Assembly: GCA_965116925.1 (NCBI GenBank)
Contig: OZ220744.1
Location: forward strand, 4,672,001-4,736,000
Origin: Candidatus Poribacteria bacterium
Lineage (GTDB): Bacteria; Poribacteria; WGA-4E; PCPOR2b
DNA: 64,000 bases
Reading direction: 5' to 3'
A model generated the notes under the pieces. That model worked only from the letters and a program-made list of their open reading frames with translations, did not search any database and was not told the DNA's origin. Positions 48,482-58,598 of the stretch are shown piece after piece (position 1 is the first letter of the stretch; each line of letters starts with the position of its first letter). The position numbers and the translations under genes are program-made.

Positions 48482-48592
48482 ACCTCTTTCTAAATAGGGG
48501 TTGATTTGCTTCTATCACCTTCAAGAGGATCTCGCCTTTACTATATATATTGCGCTCGTTTGGGAAAGTTTAGCTTTTTTTTATATTTTTTT

Positions 48593-48684
48593 CGCTCATG
48601 CTCAGAAATCGTGCAACAGAAACAGAGTTTTTTCTTGAAAACTCTGTTTCTTTTCGTGCTTGGCATTTTCCTTTGACGTGAGCC
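48593..48684. mobile_element. MITE family B (degenerate)
   Basis: CGCTCATG...CGTGAGCC ends with GAAACAGAGTTTT...AAAACTCTGTTTC hairpin. Confidence 0.65.
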
Positions 48685-48701
48685 AAAGGGTTTACGTGCT
48701 T

Positions 48702-49262
48702 TCAGAGAAACGCCTTCTCTCTCGCTTCCGCCGAGCTATCCCACGCACGGTCATATTCATAATCGTCCCGACGCGCCAACAGTGCCCGTAAATCGTGTCG
48801 CAGCTCCTCCACGGTAGGCCTTCCAACAAACCACCAACCGTTGTAAATCTTGTAGATCTCGCGATCGCTGTCAAGAACGAAGGTATAAGGGATGGGAATC
48901 GGAGAATGGTTGGGATCCGTGTTGTCTACGATGTCTAATTCATTGATCAACGCCCGATCAAGGTCAATCAGGAAGGGCCACGTCGCACCGATACGCTCAC
49001 GAAGTGCCCTCGTTGTTTCCTCATCATCGACGGAGACAGCGATTAGCCTACAGTAGTTGACCTCCAATTCGGGCTGCAAATCCTTTGCATAATTCTCCAA
49101 CTGGAGAACATCCTTCGGTCAATATGCCCCACGCCAAAAGACCAAGATTGTGGGCCAGCCACGCATCAAATCCTCCAGCGTTCTGATTATGCCATCCTGA
49201 TCGGGACGTTCAAAGTTTGGGAATTTGTTACCGGATATCATCAAATCTTCACGGATTTTCAT
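48702..49262 (-). CDS. AhpC/TSA-redoxin family selenoprotein (186 aa, Sec48)
   Basis: AAGGAGG RBS, ATG 49262, FPNFERPDQDG...VFWRGAY-TGA-PKD in frame with ORF 48702-49100 (AVSVD, PFLID, GRP). Confidence 0.88.
49093..49118 (-). promoter_or_regulatory. Putative bacterial SECIS element
   Basis: UUCUCC-AGUU-GGAGAA hairpin; loop starts 16 nt after UGA with G at position 2. Confidence 0.6.
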
Positions 49263-49326
49263 TGTGATTTCCTCCTTACGAGAGCGCATGAAATTTTTGC
49301 GGCGTTCGCTAGGTGAAATAACCTAT

Positions 49327-49354
49327 GTAGGGAACGCAGATCTGCGTTCCCTAC
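49327..49354. repeat. GTAG-type REP palindrome
   Basis: Identical to 4880-4907. Confidence 0.8.
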
Positions 49355-49383
49355 GGAAACCTTTTCTTAATCAAGGAAGCAAT

Positions 49384-50547
49384 TTAGGGTTGTACTGTTT
49401 CCCAGCGTTCCGTCTCCCATGAGCGTTCAATCGCACCCAACACCTTAGCCACAGCCAACGCCTCACGAAAGGCAGGCTCACCTTGAAGTCCATCCCGAAT
49501 CGACTTCAAGAACTGATAGGATTCGATCATTTTCAAATCTTCGTAGCCTAAACCGACACCGGGACCGGGGTTGAAATGTGCATGAAACGGGTGTTCGGGA
49601 CCACTCATAATACGGGTGTAGCCATTAGGCGTGCTATCGTCGTCAGAGAGCAACAGATGGAGTTCGTTCATACGCTCAAAGTCCCAGTTTAGCGCACCGC
49701 GTGTGCCGTGCACCTCAAACGCCATCTGACATTCGGGACCATTTATGACACGACATCCTTCCAGTGTGCCGTGTGCTCCATTGGCAAATTGCACCAGCGC
49801 ACCGACATAGTCTTCGTTAGTGACTTCGCCCGTTGGACCATCTGTGCGGACAGAAAAATGCGTACCTTCGCCGGGCGTAGCAAGCGGCCGTTTTGAGAAG
49901 AAAGTCTCGCGGTTGCCCACCAAACGGTTGATCGGACCGGCAATCATCTGCGCCATATCAACGACATGCGACATCAGATCACCCAAAGTGCCCAACCCCG
50001 CCACCTCGCGCTGAAAACGCCACGACAATACAGCGTGCGGATTGCTGGCATAACCCGCAAAGAAACGCCCCCGATAGTGTGTGAGCCTGCCGAGACGGCC
50101 TTCCTCAATCAGTTGCCGGGCATACTGCACAAGCGGCGTCCATCGGTAATTATAACCCACACAGGTCAACACACCAGCTCGTCGCGCAGCATCTTCGATC
50201 GCAGCCGTCTCTCGTGGATTTCGACCAACAGGCTTCTCGCAGAAGATATGCTTCCCCGCTTCGGCAGCCGCTGTCGCAATTTCGAGATGCATACTGTTTG
50301 GCGCGGTAATGTTGACAAGTTGCACCTCCGGATCAGCGATAACCTCTCTCCAATCCGTAGCGTATCGTTCAAAGCCCAAAAACGTCTGTGCTTCACGAGC
50401 ACGGGCTTCCACCTCATCGGCGCAGATGACTAGGCGTGGCTGAACCCCACAGTCCTGAAAGCGGATCGGAATCTGTCGGTAGGAGCGGCTGTGCACAGTC
50501 CCCATCCACCCCATACCGATGACACCGATACCTATCGTTCGTGTCAT
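49384..50547 (-). CDS. Gfo/Idh/MocA oxidoreductase
   Basis: [25 protein letters not shown]. Confidence 0.92.
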   Translation of the reverse strand: MTRTIGIGVIGMGWMGTVHSRSYRQIPIRFQDCGVQPRLVICADEVEARAREAQTFLGFERYATDWREVIADPEVQLVNITAPNSMHLEIATAAAEAGKHIFCEKPVGRNPRETAAIEDAARRAGVLTCVGYNYRWTPLVQYARQLIEEGRLGRLTHYRGRFFAGYASNPHAVLSWRFQREVAGLGTLGDLMSHVVDMAQMIAGPINRLVGNRETFFSKRPLATPGEGTHFSVRTDGPTGEVTNEDYVGALVQFANGAHGTLEGCRVINGPECQMAFEVHGTRGALNWDFERMNELHLLLSDDDSTPNGYTRIMSGPEHPFHAHFNPGPGVGLGYEDLKMIESYQFLKSIRDGLQGEPAFREALAVAKVLGAIERSWETERWETVQP

Positions 50548-50575
50548 AACTGACCTCAGAGTTTAGGGCCTCTTG

Positions 50576-51199
50576 TTAGGTGCGTTCCAACGCGATTTTG
50601 CATATCGTCTTCTCTGCGTCATCGCCGTACCAGAGATTGGCACCATCCCACGTCAAGCCGTGCGGTTCGCCGGGGCATTCAAAAGAATCCAAAACCGCCC
50701 CGGAATTCGGGTCAATTTGGGAGACCACATGCGTGTCGGTGTCCGCACTCCACAACGTCGTTCCATCCCAAGCAATCCCGTGCGGGCGCGTGCCGGGTGA
50801 GGGAAATTCTGCCAATATTTCCCCCGTTTCAGGAGAGACCTTATAGTGCCGGTCTGACTGCACATCGGCGCTCCACAGCGATTCGCCATCCCAAGCGAGC
50901 CCATGCGGACTCGGTCCCGGCGGTGGAAATGAGGTGACAACCTCCAAATCCGACACTCTTAATTTGTACAGGATTTTTTCCCCGATGTCGGAATACCAGA
51001 AATGGCTACCGTCACATTCAAGTCCGCTGGAACCCGCTGTGGGCGGGTTTACGGTAACGATAACCTCACCGGTTTGCGGATTAATTTTGTGTAACGTCCC
51101 ACCACCCTCGACACTCCAGATGGCGTCATCTTGCCAAGCAAGCCCGTTGGTGCCTGGTCCCGGACAATCAAAACTGGTTGCGATTGATGCTTTTAACAT
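50576..51199 (-). CDS. Small beta-propeller repeat protein (glutaminyl cyclase/YncE-like)
   Basis: About five SF.xPG..PHGLAWDG repeats; no signal peptide. Confidence 0.7.
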   Translation of the reverse strand: MLKASIATSFDCPGPGTNGLAWQDDAIWSVEGGGTLHKINPQTGEVIVTVNPPTAGSSGLECDGSHFWYSDIGEKILYKLRVSDLEVVTSFPPPGPSPHGLAWDGESLWSADVQSDRHYKVSPETGEILAEFPSPGTRPHGIAWDGTTLWSADTDTHVVSQIDPNSGAVLDSFECPGEPHGLTWDGANLWYGDDAEKTICKIALERT

Positions 51200-51263
51200 T
51201 GTCAATCTCCTTCCTATGGTTGAGACAACTATATTTTATCTTCAATTCCAATTTAGCTATCAA

Positions 51264-52481
51264 CTACGGTCTGACCACCGATCCATCTGCTTTTCGATCT
51301 TCGGCGGCATAATTGGGCACCTTCGCTCGTTCAGCGTCCAGAAGTTGTGCCGCCTTCGCTTCGTCAATGTCAATCCCCAGTCCCGGTTGATCATTGGCAT
51401 AGAGGTATCCGCCCTCAAGGATTGCGTGACCGGGGAAGATGTCAAGTTCCTCTTGACTGAAGTGATTTTCCTCCTGAATACCGAAACTCCAACTTGCTAG
51501 ATCCAAGTGCATTGCTGCCGCCTGATTAACGGGATCATTGTCTCCGCCCTCCTGCCACGCCGTATTAACACCGAACCATTCACAGAGGGTAGCAATCTTC
51601 CTGCACGGAGTAATACCGCCGCCCTTCGACACCCGGACTCGGACGAAATCGATAAGTCGTTCAGTGATGAGTGGCGTCCATTCGTGAGGATTAATGAATA
51701 ACTCACCCATCGCCTGCGGGGTGGTGCACTGCTGCCGAATCAGGCGAAACCAATCAATCTGTTCAGGCGACAGGACATCCTCAAGGAAAAAGAGGCGGTA
51801 CGGCTCTAGGAGCTTCGACAACGTTACCGCACACTGCGGACGGAGGTGCTCGTGCACGTCGTGCGTGAGCTTTGGTCCGAAACCTAACTTCGATCGCAGA
51901 TATTCAAACATCTTCGGGATGCTCTCAATATATGCTTCATCATCGAAGGCAGGGGCATTAGACCAAGGGTTCTTCGGCTGCCCCGCTTTATCAGCGTCAA
52001 TGAATCCGCCACCACCGTACCCGCCAAGCTGGCATCGAATGACCGAATACCCTTCCTCCATATAGCGCCGTATATCGTCCTCAAGCTCGACAAAATCGCC
52101 GCCGCCAGCATGGGCATAGCACGGCACGGCAGAACGACACGGACCGCCGAGAAGTTGGTAGACCGGCATCCCAGCCTCTTTCCCCTTGATGTCCCAGAGT
52201 GCCATGTCGATGCCGCCCAATACGGTGTTTGAAATTGCCCCATTCCGCCAGTAACCACTCGTGAGGGTCGACTGCCAAATATCTTCAATATGCCCAACCT
52301 CCCGACCAATCAGGCGAGGCGCAATACACTCCTCCACCGCCGTGACGACTGTTTGTGCATGGTAGTGGTCGCTGGCAGAGCCGATACCGTAGAGTCCCGG
52401 TTGGTCGGTAGTAACCTTCACAATAACCCAAGTCCCATTTACCCGTGTACGAATACATCGAATCTCTTTGATTTTTGCCAT
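51264..52481 (-). CDS. D-mannonate dehydratase-like enolase-superfamily enzyme (RspA/ManD subgroup)
   Basis: YWRNG, ALWDIKGK, HDVHE, FFLED, AMGE, GIQE. Confidence 0.88.
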   Translation of the reverse strand: MAKIKEIRCIRTRVNGTWVIVKVTTDQPGLYGIGSASDHYHAQTVVTAVEECIAPRLIGREVGHIEDIWQSTLTSGYWRNGAISNTVLGGIDMALWDIKGKEAGMPVYQLLGGPCRSAVPCYAHAGGGDFVELEDDIRRYMEEGYSVIRCQLGGYGGGGFIDADKAGQPKNPWSNAPAFDDEAYIESIPKMFEYLRSKLGFGPKLTHDVHEHLRPQCAVTLSKLLEPYRLFFLEDVLSPEQIDWFRLIRQQCTTPQAMGELFINPHEWTPLITERLIDFVRVRVSKGGGITPCRKIATLCEWFGVNTAWQEGGDNDPVNQAAAMHLDLASWSFGIQEENHFSQEELDIFPGHAILEGGYLYANDQPGLGIDIDEAKAAQLLDAERAKVPNYAAEDRKADGSVVRP

Positions 52482-52856
52482 AGAAAATTTCCCTTTTTGG
52501 TTGTATCCATCGTCCTTTTCAGAAATAGTTCATGATACCTTACAGTTACATGCTGCTTATCGACGAACAAAGCTATAAATTCAACTGTTACAATTTCTTC
52601 TAACATACCCCACTTGGAGTCCGTTGTCAACAAGAAATTGTGCTTATGCTTATAAAGCTGTCCCACATTTTTTTCTTGATTATTTTCTCAAAATCGCCTA
52701 TCATTTCCTTGTTTTCACCCCTATTTTCATGAGGGTGAGTTTGGGCAGAAAATACCTAGAATGGTTGCGCTATAGGTTTTAGTCAATTGAGCCAAGAATG
52801 TTATGCGACATGCTAGGTATCTTCCAACAATCAAAAGTGAAAGGAGACACAAGCAC

Positions 52857-53288
52857 ATGATCTTGACATTTCTAGATAAACATCGAGACATCGGTTTATT
52901 AATCCTTCGGATCGGACTTGGGTGTATGTTCCTCTTTCATGGGCTTCCGAAACTGTTTGGTGGTCCCGAGAGGTGGGAAGGGCTCGGCGGAGCAATGGCG
53001 CGTCTCGGCATTACGTTCCTACCGGCGTTTTGGGGCTTCATGGCTGCGATTTCAGAGTCTTTGGGAGGTATCTGTCTCATCTTCGGTCTCTTCGTTAGAC
53101 CCGCTTGTATCCTTTTGACAATCACGATGTTAATGGCTACCATTTTTCATCTAGGTCGCGGTGATGGCTTGAAAGGTGCTGCACACGCAATCGAAGTCGG
53201 TATCGTTTTCCTAAGCTTGATTCTGATTGGACCCGGTAAATATAGTCTTGATGAAAAACTAAGCTCTGATCCCGGCGACGACGCATAA
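52857..53288 (+). CDS. DoxX family membrane protein
   Basis: LRIGLG.MFLFHG.PK, E..GG, GPGKYSLD. Confidence 0.9.
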   Translation: MILTFLDKHRDIGLLILRIGLGCMFLFHGLPKLFGGPERWEGLGGAMARLGITFLPAFWGFMAAISESLGGICLIFGLFVRPACILLTITMLMATIFHLGRGDGLKGAAHAIEVGIVFLSLILIGPGKYSLDEKLSSDPGDDA

Positions 53289-53315
53289 TACTGTTTGACA
53301 CACAGGGAAAATTAG

Positions 53316-54182
53316 ATGGCAGAAAGAGATTACTATGAAGTCCTTGGGGTGGGGCGGAGTGCGTCTCCAGAAGAGATTAAGCGTGCCTACCGCAAGGTCG
53401 CGCTGCAGCATCATCCCGATAAAAACCCGGGAGATAAGACAGCGGAAGAGAAATTTAAAGAAGCCTCAAATGCTTACGATGTGCTATCGGATCCAGAGAA
53501 ACGGAAGATCTACGATATACGCGGGCACGCAGGAGTCCATAACGCTGGATTTCAAGGGTACACGAACTTTGAGGACATTTTCACCAATTTTGGAGATATC
53601 TTTGGGCGTGAGGTTTTTGGGAATTTCGGCGATGTATTCGGCGATGTATTCAGTAGGGAAAACCCTACCGGTTTCGGCCCACAACGCCGCGGTAATCTGC
53701 GAACAAAATTGACAATTCCATTTGAGGAATCTATACTGGGTGCCGAAAAGCGGATTCAGGTGAATGACCGAACCCTTACTATTAAGATTCCTGCGGGGAT
53801 AAAAAACGGTCAATCATTGCGCCTCACCGGTCAAGGAGACCTGACTGCAAGCGGACAGCGTGGCTCGCTGATTGTAAAAATCGCCGTTCAACCGCACCCG
53901 AATTTTAAGCGGGAGAATCTAGATCTCGTAACCCAAGTCACGGTGCCTTTCACACGTGCAGCCTTGGGCGGTAAAGTGCGTGTGCCAACCCTGAAGGGAG
54001 ATATTGATCTGAAGATTCCTGCGGGGACGCAGCCGGACCAACAGCTGAGAGTCCGCGGGGCTGGTGTTGTCGATTCGTCAAAGCGCAAAGGCGATCTACG
54101 CGTCCTGATCAAAATCGAAATCCCACGTTCATTGACAAGAAAACAGAAGGAATTATTAAAAGAACTAGACAAAAACTTATAA
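53316..54182 (+). CDS. DnaJ-class chaperone lacking the zinc finger (CbpA-like)
   Basis: J domain with HPD, G/F region, C-terminal domain, no CxxCxGxG repeats. Confidence 0.9.
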   Translation: MAERDYYEVLGVGRSASPEEIKRAYRKVALQHHPDKNPGDKTAEEKFKEASNAYDVLSDPEKRKIYDIRGHAGVHNAGFQGYTNFEDIFTNFGDIFGREVFGNFGDVFGDVFSRENPTGFGPQRRGNLRTKLTIPFEESILGAEKRIQVNDRTLTIKIPAGIKNGQSLRLTGQGDLTASGQRGSLIVKIAVQPHPNFKRENLDLVTQVTVPFTRAALGGKVRVPTLKGDIDLKIPAGTQPDQQLRVRGAGVVDSSKRKGDLRVLIKIEIPRSLTRKQKELLKELDKNL

Positions 54183-54263
54183 TTCAGTGATAGGTGAGCG
54201 GCAGGGCGGTGGAATGTTTGCCTGCGCCTCACCTATTACACATCACAACAAATAGGCAGCTAA

Positions 54264-54728
54264 ATGAACCCAGAGAAAACCTTAGTTTTGATTAAACCGG
54301 ATGGCGTTCAACGCGGACTCATCGGCGAAATCATCGCTCGCTTTGAGCGCAAGGGACTTAAACTCGTAGGACTTAAATTACTCCAACTCCCAAAAGATCG
54401 AGCGAATCAACTCTACGCGCCACATCAGGGAAAGTTTTTTTACGATTACCTCATCCAATTTATGACTTCGACACCGATCGTAGCGATCGCCCTTGAAGGG
54501 CGAGATGCCATTGACCTAGTGCGTCTAGTAAATGGGGCAACAAGGCCCAACGAATCCCAACCCGGCAGTATTCGTGGTGATTTCTCGATCGATATCACTC
54601 ACAACGTTGTCCACGCCTCAGATTCGCCTGAGAACGCGGAACGCGAGTTAAACATTCTATTTGATCCAAGCGAACTTGTCGATTATCCACGAATTGATGA
54701 CGCGATTCTTTATAGCCCGGATCTGTAG
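54264..54728 (+). CDS. ndk: Nucleoside diphosphate kinase
   Basis: IKPDGVQR, PGSIRGDF, NVVHASDS. Confidence 0.97.
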   Translation: MNPEKTLVLIKPDGVQRGLIGEIIARFERKGLKLVGLKLLQLPKDRANQLYAPHQGKFFYDYLIQFMTSTPIVAIALEGRDAIDLVRLVNGATRPNESQPGSIRGDFSIDITHNVVHASDSPENAERELNILFDPSELVDYPRIDDAILYSPDL

Positions 54729-54785
54729 TCCACTGTACAACAAGTTGCGTCAGGTGTAACGAAGCAGCATCGCAGAGGAAAAATC

Positions 54786-55805
54786 GTGGCTCAAAACAAC
54801 GACCTACTTTTTAGTACCGACGATTGGGTTGAAATCTGCCGCACGACAGACGAGTGGGAATCAAACCTGATTCAGACAATGCTCGGCAATAAACAGATTC
54901 GTTGCCGCCCTGAATACATACGGAACCCTGATAGGCAACGTCAGATTATCCTTTTCGTTGACCCCGAGGACCTAGTCGATGCCTTAGAAGTCGTTAGTCA
55001 AACCGGTCTAGCAATAACGAATGAGGAATATGAAAATCAGCATGTGGATGGTGAAAGCGACCCCGATTTGGAACGCGATGCAAGGACTTCAGAAAGCGAT
55101 CTTCCACAACCAACGCCGACAGCGGGAACCGCAACCATAATTGCGGAGCGCGAGGGGATCGGCAAAATCGCCCATCACGCCGGACAAGGATATGAGCTGC
55201 AAGTTGGACCAACACCGTATTATATGGTCGAAGAAGATCGATGGGAAGAGTTTACCGATTTTAGTGCCCAACGCCAAGAGTTCTCAATTCTCATCAGGCA
55301 CGAGTATCCCAACCTGTCCCAATGGCTTAGACGAGAGAAGCTATTCGCAGAATTCACCCATTTAGTGGAAGCCACCTATCGTGGTGATGTGCCGCCAGCC
55401 CGCACGGACAACCGACAACAAACCGAATCCGCACCTGACAATGCCGGTGCAGCTGAAGCCCAAATCAACCGCCTTGCCAAGTTCGGTCTGTGGGTATCGT
55501 TGGTTGCCCTGCTAGGCGTGATTGTCCAACTACCGTGGTATGCCAGTCTGATTCTCGCCTTACTCGCTGTCGTCACCGGCTGCATCGCAAAATATCAGAT
55601 TGATCGCAGCAATGGAGCACTCAAAGGAAATCTAATCGCTTTCCTAGCAATTATTATCGCTTGCATTGTGATTGCTATAGCTTGGACACAACGCCAGCCG
55701 AGTCTACCAGAATCATCGGATTTGCAATCCGCCTTCCAACCCCATCAAGCAGACACCCGTTACAACACACAACTGGGGAGCAAAATATGGCTGCTTGTGT
55801 CATAG
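54786..55805 (+). CDS. Hypothetical membrane protein (DUF4190-like C-terminal helices)
   Basis: Long ORF with RBS; INRLAK...TMs...G..LIA pattern. Confidence 0.65.
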   Translation: MAQNNDLLFSTDDWVEICRTTDEWESNLIQTMLGNKQIRCRPEYIRNPDRQRQIILFVDPEDLVDALEVVSQTGLAITNEEYENQHVDGESDPDLERDARTSESDLPQPTPTAGTATIIAEREGIGKIAHHAGQGYELQVGPTPYYMVEEDRWEEFTDFSAQRQEFSILIRHEYPNLSQWLRREKLFAEFTHLVEATYRGDVPPARTDNRQQTESAPDNAGAAEAQINRLAKFGLWVSLVALLGVIVQLPWYASLILALLAVVTGCIAKYQIDRSNGALKGNLIAFLAIIIACIVIAIAWTQRQPSLPESSDLQSAFQPHQADTRYNTQLGSKIWLLVS

Positions 55806-56473
55806 TTTTCGTGAAAAATCCTGTTCCCGGTCAAGTTAAAACCCGTCTCACACCTTATCTTTCGCCAGAGCAGGCTGCGTCCCTGTATCAGGCGTTCCTC
55901 GTCGATTGGTGTAGTGCCCTTTCCACAATCTCTACAACTCACCGTGTAATTGCCTATACACCGCCCGAAGGCTTGAACGCCTTGCAAACTCTAATCGGTG
56001 AAGATCCGGTTTATATCCCTCAAGTGGGCGCATCGCTTGGGGAACGCTTAATTGCTGCTGCGCGGTGGGCGTGCGATCAGGATTATGCGAAATTCCTATT
56101 CGTAGGATCGGATAGCCCAACGTTACCGATTCAGTATGTCGAACGCGCGCTTGATTTACTAGAATCGCGCGATATCGTTATCGGTCCCAGTGTGGACGGT
56201 GGCTACTACCTGATCGGCTTTTCAAAGCACGGGGCATCGTTGTCAATCCCCACTATCTTTGAAGAAATCGCATGGAGCACCGAGGTCGTCTTCCGTCAAA
56301 CCCTTAAGAAACTTCAGGAGATTAACGTACAGTTGGGCTTGCTGCTGCCATGGTACGATGTAGATACCCCCACAGGATTGCAGCTATTACGGGATCATCT
56401 GTTTGGGATGGACCTCGCGGGGGAAAATAACCCCGCACCTCAAACATATAGCAAACTGAGAGAGTGGTTCTAA
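55787..56473 (+). CDS. DUF2064/TIGR04282-like transferase
   Basis: FVKNPVPGQVKTRL, Q...LGERL, GSDSP, GPSVDGGYYLIG, YDVDT. Confidence 0.88.
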   Translation: MAACVIVFVKNPVPGQVKTRLTPYLSPEQAASLYQAFLVDWCSALSTISTTHRVIAYTPPEGLNALQTLIGEDPVYIPQVGASLGERLIAAARWACDQDYAKFLFVGSDSPTLPIQYVERALDLLESRDIVIGPSVDGGYYLIGFSKHGASLSIPTIFEEIAWSTEVVFRQTLKKLQEINVQLGLLLPWYDVDTPTGLQLLRDHLFGMDLAGENNPAPQTYSKLREWF

Positions 56474-56647
56474 ATCGCCAAAACAAGAAAGGTTTGATGG
56501 TAACTTTATGCCCTAACTATCGTTCTACATACTACGATTAGCATTTTGGTGGTGTGGACTGTAGCGATTAGAATTGGTCCCTGTCTGTAGACTTAATTTA
56601 TGTCAAGCGTATCTTGCGTTGCGAGGTTTACTGCACCATTTTTCGGC

Positions 56648-56676
56648 TTGACGAAGGTTGAGAGATCGGGTATTAT
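56648..56676 (+). promoter_or_regulatory. Sigma-70 promoter of the yqeY operon
   Basis: TTGACG-17-TATTAT. Confidence 0.55.
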
Positions 56677-56722
56677 TTCATCCTGCTGACAATAGATTAT
56701 ATAAAAAAATAAAGGATTTTTT

Positions 56723-57166
56723 ATGGGACTCAAAGAACAGTTAAATGAAGATATGAAGCAGGCGATGAGGGCGAAAGACAAAAATCGTCTGTCTGCGATT
56801 CGCATGGTGCGTGGTGCCGTCCGGGATAAGGAAATCAATAGTCAGGTTGAGTTGGATGATGACGGCGTTTTAGAGGTAATCGCCAGCCAGATTAAGAAAC
56901 GGAAGGACGCGCTGGAACAGTTGCGTAAATCCAATCGCGACGACCTCGTTGATGTTGAGACAGAACAGATTAATATATTGCAAGACTTCCTCCCTGCCCA
57001 ACTTTCGATGGAAGAAATCGAAGCCGCCGTTACAGGCGCGATTGAGGAGCTAGGGGCGACATCAATGCGAGATATGGGCAAAGTTATGGGTAAACTTGTT
57101 CCGCAGTTGAGAGGCAAAGCAGACAACTCGGTTATCAGCCAAATCGCCAGACAGAAACTAGGTTAG
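56723..57166 (+). CDS. yqeY: GatB/YqeY domain protein
   Basis: DMKQAMRAKD, FLPAQLS, DMGKVMG. Confidence 0.92.
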   Translation: MGLKEQLNEDMKQAMRAKDKNRLSAIRMVRGAVRDKEINSQVELDDDGVLEVIASQIKKRKDALEQLRKSNRDDLVDVETEQINILQDFLPAQLSMEEIEAAVTGAIEELGATSMRDMGKVMGKLVPQLRGKADNSVISQIARQKLG

Positions 57167-57170
57167 CGCG

Positions 57171-58598
57171 ATGAACGACCAAACCACTATCCTCGTTGTT
57201 GATCCGGACCAACGACAGCGCGAAACAACTTGTCTCACGCTTGAGCGCGAAAGGTTGCATGTGCTTGCAACCCGCACGATGTACGAGGCGTTAGACCGCA
57301 TCGAACGCTTAGATATTGATGTGTTGATCGCCCCACTCATAGGGGAGCGCATTGACGGACTCAAGCTCCTTGAAGCTGCCTACGATCGGAACCCCGACGT
57401 CGGCGTGATCTTTGCCACAGCACCAAACGTCCTGGAAACCGATGTTGGTATCAAAGCGACGATCCACATGGGAGCAAGCTATTTTCTTCCAAAACCCCTC
57501 AACCCAGCCCAACTGATAGCCCTCCTCCACAAGATATTTGAGAATCAGCGGCTCACCGTAGAAAATCGGCAACTACAGTCCCAGATCGATGAGCGGGTCG
57601 GACTCATCCAATTAACAGGGCATTCACCGAGAATCCAAGAGATCCGGGATCTCATTGCACAAGTTGCCCCAACAAAAGCAACCGTCATGATCCGTGGGGA
57701 ACGCGGCACTGGAAAAGAACTAGTTGCCCGTGCTATGCACCACCGAAGTTTACGGCGGGGCCCCCTCGTTATATTCAACTGTGCAGCCTTGAACGAAGGC
57801 CTTGCAGAATCCGAGCTTTTTGGACACGAACGCGGGGCGTTTACAGGCGCGTATCAGACGCGGAAAGGGCGATTTGAAGCGGCACACGGAGGAACGCTAT
57901 TTCTCGATGAAGTGGGACAATTAAGTTTATCAAACCAAGCAAGGCTCTTGCGAGTGCTTGCTGAGAGGGAGTTTCAGCGCGTCGGTGGGAATGAATTAAT
58001 AGAAATCGATGTTCGTGTCATCTGTGCGACGAACCGTAATCTTGAAAAGGCGGTGGAACAGGAAAGGTTTCTACCGGATCTTTACGATCGTTTGAACGTA
58101 ATCCGAATCGCTCTACCACCGCTCCGTGAGCGAAGCGAGGATATCCCCCTCCTAGTCAAAGCCTTCACAGAAGAATTTTGCCGGGAAAACCGGATGATGA
58201 CCAAGGGTATGACTCCCCGCGCGATGCGAGTGTTGATGACATATGATTGGCAGGGAAATGTGCGAGAGCTGAGAAACTGTATTGAGGGTATGGTTATTAT
58301 GTCGAACCAGCCAGATCTCGACATTGATGATATTCCGGAGCATATTCTCAAATCCGCCGGAGTCAGCTCTCCCGTTATCCTCTCCGCTCCCACCGTTATA
58401 GATACTAGCGCGGCAACCTTGCCTTCATCGGGATTGGACGTTGAAGTCGGGATGTCAATGGCAGAAATTGAGAAGGAAGTTATTCAATCGACACTCCAAT
58501 ATGCTGGCAATAACAGAGCAAAAGCTGCAAAAATCTTAGGGATCTCAAAACGAACAATCTTCAGGAAAATCAAGGAACATAATTTGTGCGACGAATAA
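57171..58598 (+). CDS. Sigma-54 enhancer-binding regulator with atypical receiver domain
   Basis: GERGTGKE, ESELFGHERGAFTGA, LFLDE, Fis-type HTH. Confidence 0.92.
   Translation: MNDQTTILVVDPDQRQRETTCLTLERERLHVLATRTMYEALDRIERLDIDVLIAPLIGERIDGLKLLEAAYDRNPDVGVIFATAPNVLETDVGIKATIHMGASYFLPKPLNPAQLIALLHKIFENQRLTVENRQLQSQIDERVGLIQLTGHSPRIQEIRDLIAQVAPTKATVMIRGERGTGKELVARAMHHRSLRRGPLVIFNCAALNEGLAESELFGHERGAFTGAYQTRKGRFEAAHGGTLFLDEVGQLSLSNQARLLRVLAEREFQRVGGNELIEIDVRVICATNRNLEKAVEQERFLPDLYDRLNVIRIALPPLRERSEDIPLLVKAFTEEFCRENRMMTKGMTPRAMRVLMTYDWQGNVRELRNCIEGMVIMSNQPDLDIDDIPEHILKSAGVSSPVILSAPTVIDTSAATLPSSGLDVEVGMSMAEIEKEVIQSTLQYAGNNRAKAAKILGISKRTIFRKIKEHNLCDE

Noticed and set aside
53316..54182. Canonical dnaJ
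   Set aside because: No zinc-finger repeats and no dnaK/grpE context.
55787..56473. Arsenosugar or selenium-related biosynthetic cluster
   Set aside because: The usual partners (radical SAM, second glycosyltransferase) are not adjacent.
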